Part shown: one piece after another, positions 29,695 to 38,947 of the stretch | How positions within the stretch are numbered: position 1 is the first letter of the stretch | How the letters are laid out: each line of letters opens with the position of its first letter | Assembly (NCBI GenBank): GCA_015711795.1 | Contig: JACVJC010000003.1 | Span: 44,355 to 108,354 of the forward strand | Length of the DNA stretch: 64,000 nt | DNA from: Candidatus Geothermocultor quzhuomuensis | Lineage (GTDB): Bacteria > Actinomycetota > Aquicultoria > Geothermocultorales > Geothermocultoraceae | Direction of reading: 5' to 3' | Program-made: the position numbers and the translations under genes | Notes under the pieces: generated by a model | Databases searched by the model: none | Seen by the model: only the letters and a program-made list of their open reading frames with translations | Told to the model about the DNA's origin: nothing

Positions 29695-30728
29695 TATTTG
29701 GCCTCCTTTTTCCTCAAAGCTTTAACCTTTTGGGCTTCCGATTTTAACTGAGCTAAGTGAGATTTAAGCCGAGCCGTTCCATACCAATGACCATAATCAG
29801 GGCTAATGTGGTAATAACCTTGAGTAATATTAGAAAAATCATATTTTAACATTTGGAAAAAGACTTGCTCAATGAAAGAAGTTTCTTCATAAGCTAAAGT
29901 CTTACCTGATAAAGGAGGAATGCCATGCTCTAACTTTGAGCCAGGAACTTCTTTTAAATACCCTTCTTTATATAAATCTTGAATGATTCTCCTTCCTTCT
30001 TCCAAAAGAGCAATTGACTCTCTTTTTATCTTGTCACATTTAAGAAGGTAATCTTGGGCAAACTTTCTAGTGTGGCATTCACTACAAGCCTTAATAATTT
30101 CGGAGCGCTTTTTAGTCACTTTGTGATTACCGTGACAATTTGAACAAGTAGGCTTGCCACTTTCTTGAGCAATCCGCCTATGAACTGAAGAGTCATATGC
30201 TTCTTTTTGAGGGTGGTCTTGACCCATATGGCAATTTTCACACCCACTCGTTACCGTTAAAGGTGGTTTAGGTTTCTTAAATTGATGGGCGGAGTGGCAA
30301 ACATCGCACCTTTCCTGAATTGAATGGCAAGCTTCGCAACCAAGCTTTTGAACCTCAAAACTTTGAAGCTTATACCTCAAATTAGCTCGAGCTAAATTAA
30401 GACCAAGAGAATGTCGGCTCCTCTGCCAATCAGCAAATTCCTTTTCGTGGCATCCAGCACATTTTTTTGGCAAGACCCGACCTTTCAACCTTTTCATTTC
30501 CCGATGGTTTATTCCGTGACAAGCAGTGCAACCAACTCCATTTTCTTTGTGTTTACTCTTCTCCCATAAGATAACTTGAAACTTAGAATATTTGCGGTGG
30601 CAAATGAGACACTTTTCATCTTTTTTGGTAGTTTCCCTCGTTTCTGAAGGAGAGCAGCCAAAAATGATAATTAAAAAAATAAATATCAAAAAAAGAACAA
30701 ATACTTTAATTCTTTTCAAAAAGTTCAC
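29694..30728 (-). CDS. periplasmic octahaem c-type cytochrome (8 CxxCH in 344 aa)
   Basis: Signal peptide. CLICH, CTACH, CAGCH, CEACH, CDVCH, CENCH, CSNCH, CSECH. Start codon overlaps the stop of the NrfH-like gene, which suggests translational coupling. Confidence 0.7.
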   Translation of the reverse strand: MNFLKRIKVFVLFLIFIFLIIIFGCSPSETRETTKKDEKCLICHRKYSKFQVILWEKSKHKENGVGCTACHGINHREMKRLKGRVLPKKCAGCHEKEFADWQRSRHSLGLNLARANLRYKLQSFEVQKLGCEACHSIQERCDVCHSAHQFKKPKPPLTVTSGCENCHMGQDHPQKEAYDSSVHRRIAQESGKPTCSNCHGNHKVTKKRSEIIKACSECHTRKFAQDYLLKCDKIKRESIALLEEGRRIIQDLYKEGYLKEVPGSKLEHGIPPLSGKTLAYEETSFIEQVFFQMLKYDFSNITQGYYHISPDYGHWYGTARLKSHLAQLKSEAQKVKALRKKEAK

Positions 30729-30810
30729 CTCTCAGGTTTACCTTTGAGGTATACCTTTTAGGTATTATTAACAAAATTTTTTTAAGGAGCAACCAAAAAT
30801 TAAAATAAAG

Positions 30811-32925
30811 TTAAAAAGGGCAAATAATAGCAGGACAACCACCTGCGTATTCAGAATCAGCACTAATGTGGTCTTCCTCTCCTGTCTCCTTAGCTAAAAG
30901 AGAGCCAATATAAAGAACCTGTTCTTTTCGGCTCCCATAACGATAGACAGTAATTCCCTTGCACTTTAAATCATAAGCTAATAAATAAACTCGGCGCACA
31001 TCTTCTGGAGAGGCATCGAAAGGTAAGTTAACCGTTTTTGAAACAGCATTATCAGTGTAACGCTGAAAGACAGCTTGCATCTTGACATGCCACTCAGGGC
31101 TAATGTCAAAAGCAGTAACAAAAATTCTCCTTATCTCCTTGGGAATCTTTTTTATCCCTCTTGCTGTTCCCTTCTTAGCTAATTCCATCATCAAGCCCTC
31201 ACTATAAAAACCACATCGAATAGCAACTTCCTCAAAGATGGGGTTGACCTCCAGTAACCTAGTTCCTTCCATTACATTTCGGATAAAGGAAAGAGCAAAC
31301 AAAGGTTCAATCCCACTACTTGCCCCAGCAATAATGCTAATTGTTCCAGTTGGAGCAATGGTGGTTAAGCTCGCGTTGCGCATTGCTCGATAACCTTTTT
31401 TCCTCCAAATACTCTTCTCAAAGTTAGGAAAAGAGCCTCGGCTTTCTCCTAACTCGATTGATTTCTTTCTTGCTTCCTCAGAAATGAATTTCATCACTTT
31501 TTGAGCAATCTTAAGTGCTTCCTTTGAATTGTAAGGAATGCCTAACTTAATAAGCATTTCAGCAAAGCCCATTACCCCTAAGCCAATTTTACGATTTCCT
31601 TTGGTCATTTCCTCCACTTCTTTCCGAGGAAATTGGTTAACATCAATGACATTGTCTAAAAAATGAACAGAACTTCTAACTATCATTCCTAATTTTTCCC
31701 AATTAATTTGATTATCTTTAACCATCTTAGCTAGGTTAATTGAGCCTAAATTACAACTTTCAAAAGGTAAAAGGGGTTGTTCGCCACAAGGATTAGTACT
31801 TTCAATTTGACCAAGAAAAGGGGTAGGATTATGACGATTAATTTCATCGATAAATATGAGTCCAGGGTCACCAGTTCGCCAAGCCATTGTAACAATTAAA
31901 TTAAAAACTTCTTTAGCTTTAAGTTTCTTTGTCTTTTTGCCTGTTCGCGGGTTAATAAGGTAATATTCTTGATCGTTCTTTAACTTATTAATAAACTCAT
32001 CGGTAACGGCAACTGAGAGATTAAAGTTGGTTAAAAATCCTTCTTTCTCTTTAGCAGCAATAAAATCTAAAATATCAGGATGGTCAATTCGCAAAATACC
32101 CATATTGGCTCCCCTTCTTCTTCCTCCTTGCCTTATCACACTGGTCGCAACATCGAAAACCTGCATAAAAGAAAGAGGGCCTGAGGCAATCCCCATAGTC
32201 GTTTTAACCACATCTCCCTTGGGACGAATTCGAGAAAATGAAAAGCCAACTCCCCCTCCTGACTTATGAATTAATGCCATATCCTTAACTGCATCGAAAA
32301 TTCCTTCAATCGAATCCTCAACTGGCAAAACATAGCAAGCTGATAGTTGCCCTATCTCTGTTCCAGCATTCATTAAAGTAGGTGAATTGGGTAAAAAATC
32401 AAGATTAACCATCATCTTGTAAAAGTCTTCTTCAGCTTGAGCAACACTTCTCCTTCCATAAATTTTTTCTGCTTGAGCAACTGCCCTGGCAACTCTCTCA
32501 AACATTTCTTTTGGTGTCTCAACCACCATCCCTTTCTCGTCTTTCAGCAAATATCTTCTTTTCAAAACCTTAATGGCGTTTACTGAAAGTTTTAAATCAT
32601 CTTTGACGCCAAAAAACTTCTTTGCTTCCCTCACCTCAAAGCGTTTTTGACGGTAAAGAATATAAGCCCGAGCAATATCAGCATATCCCTTCTTTATTAA
32701 AACCTCTTCGACTAAATCCTGAATATTTTCAACCGTCGGTATTTTCCCCTTATAATTCTTTTCTAATAAAGAAACAACTTCACTAGAAACCTGAGAAGCT
32801 AAATCTTTTTCCTGGTGACCAGTTGCTTGAGCAGCTCGGGCAATAGCAAAAGCTATCTTTCCTTGGTCAAAATTGGTGATAGTTCCGCTTCTTTTTCTTA
32901 CTTTTTTAATTTGAAAATTTCCCAT
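30811..32925 (-). CDS. nrdJ: adenosylcobalamin-dependent (class II) ribonucleoside-triphosphate/diphosphate reductase with N-terminal ATP-cone
   Basis: ATP-cone (KKVRKRSGTITNFDQGKI). Class II RNR core (LSACYVLPVEDSIEGIF..., SGGGVGFSFSRIRPKGD). C-terminal redox Cys pair (GGCPAIIC). Confidence 0.8.
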   Translation of the reverse strand: MGNFQIKKVRKRSGTITNFDQGKIAFAIARAAQATGHQEKDLASQVSSEVVSLLEKNYKGKIPTVENIQDLVEEVLIKKGYADIARAYILYRQKRFEVREAKKFFGVKDDLKLSVNAIKVLKRRYLLKDEKGMVVETPKEMFERVARAVAQAEKIYGRRSVAQAEEDFYKMMVNLDFLPNSPTLMNAGTEIGQLSACYVLPVEDSIEGIFDAVKDMALIHKSGGGVGFSFSRIRPKGDVVKTTMGIASGPLSFMQVFDVATSVIRQGGRRRGANMGILRIDHPDILDFIAAKEKEGFLTNFNLSVAVTDEFINKLKNDQEYYLINPRTGKKTKKLKAKEVFNLIVTMAWRTGDPGLIFIDEINRHNPTPFLGQIESTNPCGEQPLLPFESCNLGSINLAKMVKDNQINWEKLGMIVRSSVHFLDNVIDVNQFPRKEVEEMTKGNRKIGLGVMGFAEMLIKLGIPYNSKEALKIAQKVMKFISEEARKKSIELGESRGSFPNFEKSIWRKKGYRAMRNASLTTIAPTGTISIIAGASSGIEPLFALSFIRNVMEGTRLLEVNPIFEEVAIRCGFYSEGLMMELAKKGTARGIKKIPKEIRRIFVTAFDISPEWHVKMQAVFQRYTDNAVSKTVNLPFDASPEDVRRVYLLAYDLKCKGITVYRYGSRKEQVLYIGSLLAKETGEEDHISADSEYAGGCPAIICPF

Positions 32926-33121
32926 CTTTCCACTTTCACCTCATCATTAAGGAAATCCTGCTTCAAGTATTGCATGATTGAACATACTATATCAAATTTA
33001 TTTTTAAAATAACCCAATCTAATTAAAGCAAAAACAAAAAGCTGACAAGAATACCTGCCAGCAAAATTAAATAAAGAAAACTAGTTATAGAAAGTTAATT
33101 ACTTATGGTTGAAGGAGATAA

Positions 33122-33313
33122 TTAGGCTTCTTCGTTTAAAGCTTGAACTAATTCATCTGGGTCGATACCATGAGCTTGAGCTGCTTCCGCTAACGTCTCA
33201 CCACTCGCAATTAAACAGCCTAAACAGTGCATCCCATATTGAAGTAAAATCTCAGAGGCCTTTGGGTTAGCGTTAAGAACTTGAGAAATAGTAAAATCTT
33301 TTTCAATCTTCAT
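33122..33313 (-). CDS. DUF1858 (hybrid-cluster-protein-associated redox disulfide) domain protein
   Basis: MHCLGCLIASGETLAEAAQAHGID matches the DUF1858 signature, which is also the N-terminal domain of ScdA/RIC proteins. Confidence 0.6.
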   Translation of the reverse strand: MKIEKDFTISQVLNANPKASEILLQYGMHCLGCLIASGETLAEAAQAHGIDPDELVQALNEEA

Positions 33314-33367
33314 CTTGTTACTCCTTTATTTAAAATTATACCATAAATTGCTTACCTTTAACCAACT

Positions 33368-34066
33368 CTACTGGGCTCTCTTTTTCTTTTGGAGAAACCC
33401 TTCAGTATGGCAAATAATACAATCGTTCTTTAAAACCTTACCATTGTGACAACTAAAACAACTTTCTTCAGTAAGAAAATTCTCATAACCTTTAATCTCA
33501 TGAGCTACACGATTATGACACTTAGTACAATTCATTCCCAATTTTGAATGAGCCTCATGGTCAATTTTCAAACCTTGAGAAGGAGTAATGTTCTTTAAAG
33601 TATGACATTGGAGGCAAGATTCATCACTAATATCTTTAGCTAATTTACTCTCTTTGTTAATTGGCTTTTCGTAATTACCTGTTATCTTAAGAATAAGACT
33701 TTTAGGAGCAACCGTCATTTTGTCCTTAAGGAGAGCAATTAGCCCAGGTTCAACATGACAACTGATACAGTTAACATTGCGATGATTTGACTCTTTCCAG
33801 GCTCTAATATCAGCCTCCATTTCATGGCAGAAAGAACAAAATTGAGGTCGGCAAGTATAAGCAATTCCACCAACAAAACCTAAAACAAGAAAAAAAGCTA
33901 AAGCACTTAAAAGGAAAACGTTTCGGGAAATTACCAAAACAAAAGCTCTTCGAGAAAAACCAACCCCTTTGCGTGCTTCAGTCGTCGTGCATTTTCTAGG
34001 ATCTCTCCCTAAAATGCACTCTCCACTTCGAGTTTGATAATCACAATCTGCGCATTTACTTACCAC
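33368..34066 (-). CDS. NapC/NirT-family membrane multihaem cytochrome c (6 CxxCH) with cytoplasmic Cys-rich N-terminal extension
   Basis: N-terminal CADCDY...C..C zinc-ribbon-like segment, a TM helix, then CSFCH, CISCH, CLQCH, CTKCH, CFSCH, CIICH. Paralogous to 29185..29694 (both have C.FCHEM after the TM). Confidence 0.65.
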   Translation of the reverse strand: MVSKCADCDYQTRSGECILGRDPRKCTTTEARKGVGFSRRAFVLVISRNVFLLSALAFFLVLGFVGGIAYTCRPQFCSFCHEMEADIRAWKESNHRNVNCISCHVEPGLIALLKDKMTVAPKSLILKITGNYEKPINKESKLAKDISDESCLQCHTLKNITPSQGLKIDHEAHSKLGMNCTKCHNRVAHEIKGYENFLTEESCFSCHNGKVLKNDCIICHTEGFLQKKKRAQ

Positions 34067-34271
34067 TTTGCCCCTCTGAATTTTTTAAAATCCTATCACA
34101 AATATTTTTATTTTCCAACCACTTTCTTGATATTTTTTCCTTTCTCTTTAAAATTTAAAAGAAAAGGACACTACCTAGGTTCAAACACATAGTAGACACC
34201 TTGGTAGAATAGATGAGAAATAAAGGAGGTGTCCGTGAAAGGAAGGGTAGGAGTAGCTACAAGGTTATAAC

Positions 34272-34916
34272 TTGCTTTTGCCTCATCAAAGAAAGCTTAA
34301 AAGCCTTAATTTCCTCCCAAAAGAAGCTAAGAAAAGACTTAAATGGATTGACTACTACTTGAAACACAAAAATGGGAGGAAAACTTGCCATTATTTTGGA
34401 ATAAGTCAAACCACCTTCTACAAATGGCTTAATCGCTACGAAAAGATGGGACCCAAGGGCCTAGAGAACCGCTCAAAAAGACCAAAGACCTTCCGCTGGG
34501 ATCTCTTCTCTATCTTGACACTAAACATTTAACCTTTCCTGGAAAGACCTTTTATCAGTTTACAGCCATTGATTCAAAAACCAGAATCAAGTTCATCAAA
34601 GTCTATTCGGGAGCCTCTTCCAAGGCCGGAAAACTCTTTCTCCATAAGTTAATAAAGTTTATGCCTTTTCCTATCTCAAACATTCAAACCAATAATGGAG
34701 CTGAATTCTTAAAGTATTTCCATCAGGAACTTGAAAGGCGAAACATAGCTTACTACTTCTCTTTCCCTAACTGTCCTAAACAGAACTCACGAGTGGAATT
34801 ATACCTACAACTACGTGATACCCCATCAGTCTCTTGATTATTTAACTCCCATGAATTACTTGGAATCTCTAAAAAAGGAGGATAAAATTAACTCCCAAGT
34901 GTCTACGATGATATGA
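34272..34916 (+). pseudogene. IS481-family transposase remnant (frameshifted, internally shortened)
   Basis: Frame 1 gives the HTH region ...GISQTTFYKWLNRYEKMGPKGLENRSKRPKTF. After a frameshift it reads ...LDTKHLTFPGKTFYQFTAIDSKTRIKFIKVY...IQTNNGAEF...CPKQNSRVE (degenerate PQTNGKVE). A further shift gives HQSLDYLTPMNYLESL. Total coding potential is about 215 aa against about 350 aa for intact IS481. Confidence 0.6.
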
Positions 34917-35015
34917 ACCAGTGCACCAAATTGCACCTAAAAATTAATGATGTTATAATTTTTAAAAGAGTATTTATTGCTCAAAATTTAGCAAACTCTC
35001 CAAAATCTAGGGGTT

Positions 35016-37154
35016 ATGAATAAAGAATACGATCAAAGTAGTTCCATTGAAAATATTCTTAAACAAATGGCTTCTGCGCTTAAAACTCTAAGGATTTATC
35101 CAGCTCAAAATCCTATCCCAGCTCAAGCAATTAAAAAATTCTACCAAGCCTTAGAGCAATTCTTGGAAGGAGAAGGGGGCTTAAGAATCAAAGTAACCAA
35201 GGAATGCTTCATTTGTCACAACCTAACCATTGAGCCAACTGGTAATGAATTAATTAGTTCACTCCTCCAAGAGTTGTATACCCGAGGATTAAGTCAAATA
35301 ACTTTTTTCTCTAGTCTCACCGAAGAAGAACTTACCAATTTTTTATCTCTTCTCAATTTAGAACCACAAACTATTAGAGCAAAAGGTGGATTGAGCTCTC
35401 TTCTCTGGGAAAAAGAAATTGTCAATATAATTGTTCAAGAAGTATCCCCTAAAATTTTTCCACCAGCTCAATTAAGTGAAGTTGAAGCATTAGAGAAAGA
35501 GTTTCCTCATCAAAATCTTCTTGAATTAATGCTGGAAAAAATTTCACTCTCGCCGGAAGAAACAAAAATTATCCTAAATTTTCTCTCGCAAGCTGATAAT
35601 TTAACTGAAATCATAAAAGAGGCTCTCGAAAAGGGAGACCTTGAGACAATTTACCAATCAATTATTAAGATTGCCCAAGTTTTTAGACAAGAGTTACCTG
35701 ACATTGCCTCTCACTACTTCCGCAATCTTATTGAGGCTATTCTCTCTTTGGATGAAAAAACACGCAACGAACTTTTCTCTAAGAAACTCCTTCCCCACCT
35801 AGAAGAAGATGAACTTGCCCCGCTCTTCAGCCAACTTTCGGTTCCTGAGTTAGTTAATATTCTTTCAACCGCCATTAAAGATAAAGAAATTCCCATTCAA
35901 AAAATCCCTAAATTAATCGAAAAACTTAATTTAAGCGAAGAAGCTAATAAAGAAACTCTTATCCTTTTAGGGAAAAGAGTAGCTGGAATTGTTCCCTTGC
36001 TAAGAACTTTCGAGAATTCAATTAAAGAAAGAGAAGAAAAGCAAAGTCTCGAGGGTTTAACTTTAGAAGAAAAGCCTCTAGAGGACATTGAAACCACCCT
36101 CGCTATTGAAACGACCCTTGAGTTTACTGAAGAGGAAAAAGAGAAACTTCAAGAATTGATTAAAAGTGGGAATGAGCTTGAAACAGCTTTACCCGTAATC
36201 AATACTTTAATCGACATGCTTTCACTGGAAGATAAATTTGAAAATTTTTCTCAAATTTTAACTTCTTTAGAAAATCTTATGCCTTCATTAATTAGTGCTG
36301 GCGAATTTAATTTATCTGTTAAAATAGTCAACGCCTTCCGTGACCAATATTTAAGTAAAAGTAATTTTCCCCCAAAGTTTCGGGAAAGATTAAATCAATC
36401 AGTTAGAAAAGCAGCTTCACCAGATAAAATTAACCAGATTCTTAGCTCCCTCCAGTATTTAGAAAAAGAAAGTGAAGAGTTTAAAAGAGCTTATTCTTAC
36501 CTCCTCTTACTTGATCGGAGCTGGGTTGTTACCTCTTTGCTTGAACTCTTAGCTCAAGAAAAACAAATTTCAATGCGAAAATTAATTCTTAATTTGCTTG
36601 TCGACTTGGGGCAACATGAAATTCCAATTCTTGGAAATAAAGTTAATGACCCAAGATGGTACTTAGTTCGAAATGTTGTGACAGTTCTTGGATTAATTAG
36701 CCGAGAGGAAGCTCTCCCTTATCTTGCTAAAGTAATAAGCCATCCTGATTCTCGTGTTCGCCATGAAGTCATTAAAGCTCTTGGAGCAATTGGAGGAAAA
36801 AAAGCCTATGAGTTAATGGCTTCTGTTCTCGAGGGAAAAGATGCCGAGGACTCAAGCATTGTCATTAAGATTGCCGCCAAAACAAAAAATCCACAAATGG
36901 TTCCCCATCTAGCCAAAATAATTGAAGAAAGAGATTTCTTTGGGAAAAAAATTGATTTAAAGAAAATGGCAGTTGATGCTTTGAGTCAAGTTGCAACACC
37001 AGAAGTAATCCCAGTTCTTGAAAAATGTCTTCAGAAAAAGTCATTTCTCTTTCGGGCTAGAAATAAGGAAATTAAAAAAAGAGCAATAGAAGCTTTGAAG
37101 CAAATTGGAACACCTCAAGCTCTTGAAGTACTCCAAAAAGCTAAATTAGCTTAA
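35016..37154 (+). CDS. HEAT/PBS-lyase repeat protein (alpha-helical, C-terminal HEAT array)
   Basis: C-terminal repeats of the form ...VRNVVTVLGLISREEALPYLAKVISHPDSRVRHEVIKALGAIGGKKAYELM... 712 aa, predicted helical throughout. Confidence 0.6.
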   Translation: MNKEYDQSSSIENILKQMASALKTLRIYPAQNPIPAQAIKKFYQALEQFLEGEGGLRIKVTKECFICHNLTIEPTGNELISSLLQELYTRGLSQITFFSSLTEEELTNFLSLLNLEPQTIRAKGGLSSLLWEKEIVNIIVQEVSPKIFPPAQLSEVEALEKEFPHQNLLELMLEKISLSPEETKIILNFLSQADNLTEIIKEALEKGDLETIYQSIIKIAQVFRQELPDIASHYFRNLIEAILSLDEKTRNELFSKKLLPHLEEDELAPLFSQLSVPELVNILSTAIKDKEIPIQKIPKLIEKLNLSEEANKETLILLGKRVAGIVPLLRTFENSIKEREEKQSLEGLTLEEKPLEDIETTLAIETTLEFTEEEKEKLQELIKSGNELETALPVINTLIDMLSLEDKFENFSQILTSLENLMPSLISAGEFNLSVKIVNAFRDQYLSKSNFPPKFRERLNQSVRKAASPDKINQILSSLQYLEKESEEFKRAYSYLLLLDRSWVVTSLLELLAQEKQISMRKLILNLLVDLGQHEIPILGNKVNDPRWYLVRNVVTVLGLISREEALPYLAKVISHPDSRVRHEVIKALGAIGGKKAYELMASVLEGKDAEDSSIVIKIAAKTKNPQMVPHLAKIIEERDFFGKKIDLKKMAVDALSQVATPEVIPVLEKCLQKKSFLFRARNKEIKKRAIEALKQIGTPQALEVLQKAKLA

Positions 37155-37168
37155 CTAGGTGACTAAAG

Positions 37169-38632
37169 ATGGAAGATTCTGAAAACCCTTTAAAAAAAGA
37201 GATTAAGTTGCGAGAAGGGGATATCTCGCTTGCTCACTATAAAGCAGCAGTAGAAAAAGCCAGAAAGATTTTGCACTCTCTCGTCTCTGCCTTAAAAAAT
37301 GAAAGTTACTACCCACCCCATCACCCTTTTGTAGCTCAATCTCTATCTGCTCTTCATGAGATCCTTAAAAGCTACTTGCTTGAAGGCAAACCAATTATCC
37401 TTAATTTTTTTCAAGACGAACTTTACTATGAAGATGTTCCTTTACCTGAAGAAAGTCTTTCTCATGCTCAACTAATTAAGAACTTCTCAGAAAGAGATAT
37501 TGGGAGCATAACCTTCCAAACTGGAGTTACTTCTTCTGAACTAAGAATATTCATTCACCTCCTTAACAAAAATCCAGAAGAACTTTCGGAAAAAGGAGGA
37601 TTAATTCAAGCTCTTGCCCATGAAAATGTGGAACATATAATAGTAGGAAAACCTCAACCAACCCCTAGCCAAAAAATTGATACCAATGAAGGTTCAGTCG
37701 AAGAAAACTTAAGAAAGATAGCTAAAGAAACCTACCACTACGCACTAGGAACTATTCAGGAAATTACAGAAAATATTAAATCTGGTCAACCAATCAACGT
37801 TAAAAAGGCTAAATCAACTGTTCAGCTCATGGTAGATCATATTCTCCAAGACCCTTATGCCATGCTTGGCTTAGCCAACTTAAAAAACTATGACTATTAT
37901 ACTTTTTACCACTCAGTCAATGTGCTCATTCTCTCATTGACCCTAGGTGCTACCCTCCCCCTCAAGAGAGTTCCTCTAAGCATTCTCGGCATCTCTGCTC
38001 TCCTCCATGACGTGGGTAAAATTAAAATACCCTCTGAAATTATTAAAAAGCCAGGCCCTCTAACCTCAGAAGAGTGGAAAATCGTTGAAAGACACCCCCT
38101 TGATGGAGCTGAAATTTTAAGTGAAGTTAGAGGCTTAAACAAACTTTCAATTATTGTCGCTTTTGAACACCATATGAGCTTTAACCAAAGAGGATACCCT
38201 AGGTTACCTTCTCCCCGAACTCCCCATATCTTTAGCCAAATTGTAGGAATTGCTGATGCCTATGATGCAATGACTTCGCAGCGCTCCTATCGCCCTCCTG
38301 AACTGCCTGATAATGCTCTTAAAATAATCCTTCAATTGAGTAATGAAAGTTTTGACCCCATTTTAACGAAGTCTTTCGTCAAGTTAATGGGCATTTATCC
38401 TGTTGGTTCTCTTGTCAAATTAAACACAGGAGAGATAGGTGTTGTTTATCGCTCTAACCCTAACGATTTACTTCACCCAATTGTTAAAATAATTCTAGAT
38501 AAAAATGGTTATCTTATCGACCCTTATAAATTTGACTTATCCCAAAAAAAAGATGGAGAATTTGAAAAAACTATCACCAGAAGCTTAGATCCTGAAGCAT
38601 TTAAAATAAATGTAAATCAATATCTTTTATGA
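37169..38632 (+). CDS. HD-GYP domain c-di-GMP phosphodiesterase with N-terminal sensory region
   Basis: HD motif LLHDVGK. EHHMSFNQRGYPR is the HHExxDGxGYP-type HD-GYP motif. Translationally adjacent to the HEAT protein. Confidence 0.75.
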   Translation: MEDSENPLKKEIKLREGDISLAHYKAAVEKARKILHSLVSALKNESYYPPHHPFVAQSLSALHEILKSYLLEGKPIILNFFQDELYYEDVPLPEESLSHAQLIKNFSERDIGSITFQTGVTSSELRIFIHLLNKNPEELSEKGGLIQALAHENVEHIIVGKPQPTPSQKIDTNEGSVEENLRKIAKETYHYALGTIQEITENIKSGQPINVKKAKSTVQLMVDHILQDPYAMLGLANLKNYDYYTFYHSVNVLILSLTLGATLPLKRVPLSILGISALLHDVGKIKIPSEIIKKPGPLTSEEWKIVERHPLDGAEILSEVRGLNKLSIIVAFEHHMSFNQRGYPRLPSPRTPHIFSQIVGIADAYDAMTSQRSYRPPELPDNALKIILQLSNESFDPILTKSFVKLMGIYPVGSLVKLNTGEIGVVYRSNPNDLLHPIVKIILDKNGYLIDPYKFDLSQKKDGEFEKTITRSLDPEAFKINVNQYLL

Positions 38633-38947
38633 AAAACTAAAACTTCTTTACTGATTCGAATCCTGTCCCCATTGACAAGAATTTTTTTTCTTGGGTATTT
38701 TACATGTTAAGATATGTCCCCTTGGTACTATCAAGATTAATGAGGCAATAGTTGTTATCTCTTAGTTCAATTTTCGCCTTTTCCGTAAAACCTTTTCATC
38801 CCGTAAGAAAATGCTGCTTTTTTCATCTTGAGCCTTCCTAATTTTTAGTAAATTTTACTCCTTTTAAAATGAGGAGACTTGACAAAAAGAGTAATTAAGT
38901 TTTAAAATATGACTAATTTAATTAAAAAAGTCATAAAAGGAGAATGG

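Noticed and set aside
30811-32925. Possibility that the RNR is an anaerobic class III (NrdD) enzyme, given the anaerobic context
   Set aside because: There is no glycyl-radical C-terminal motif and no adjacent nrdG activase. The core motifs and the C-terminal Cys pair fit class II (B12-dependent) NrdJ instead.
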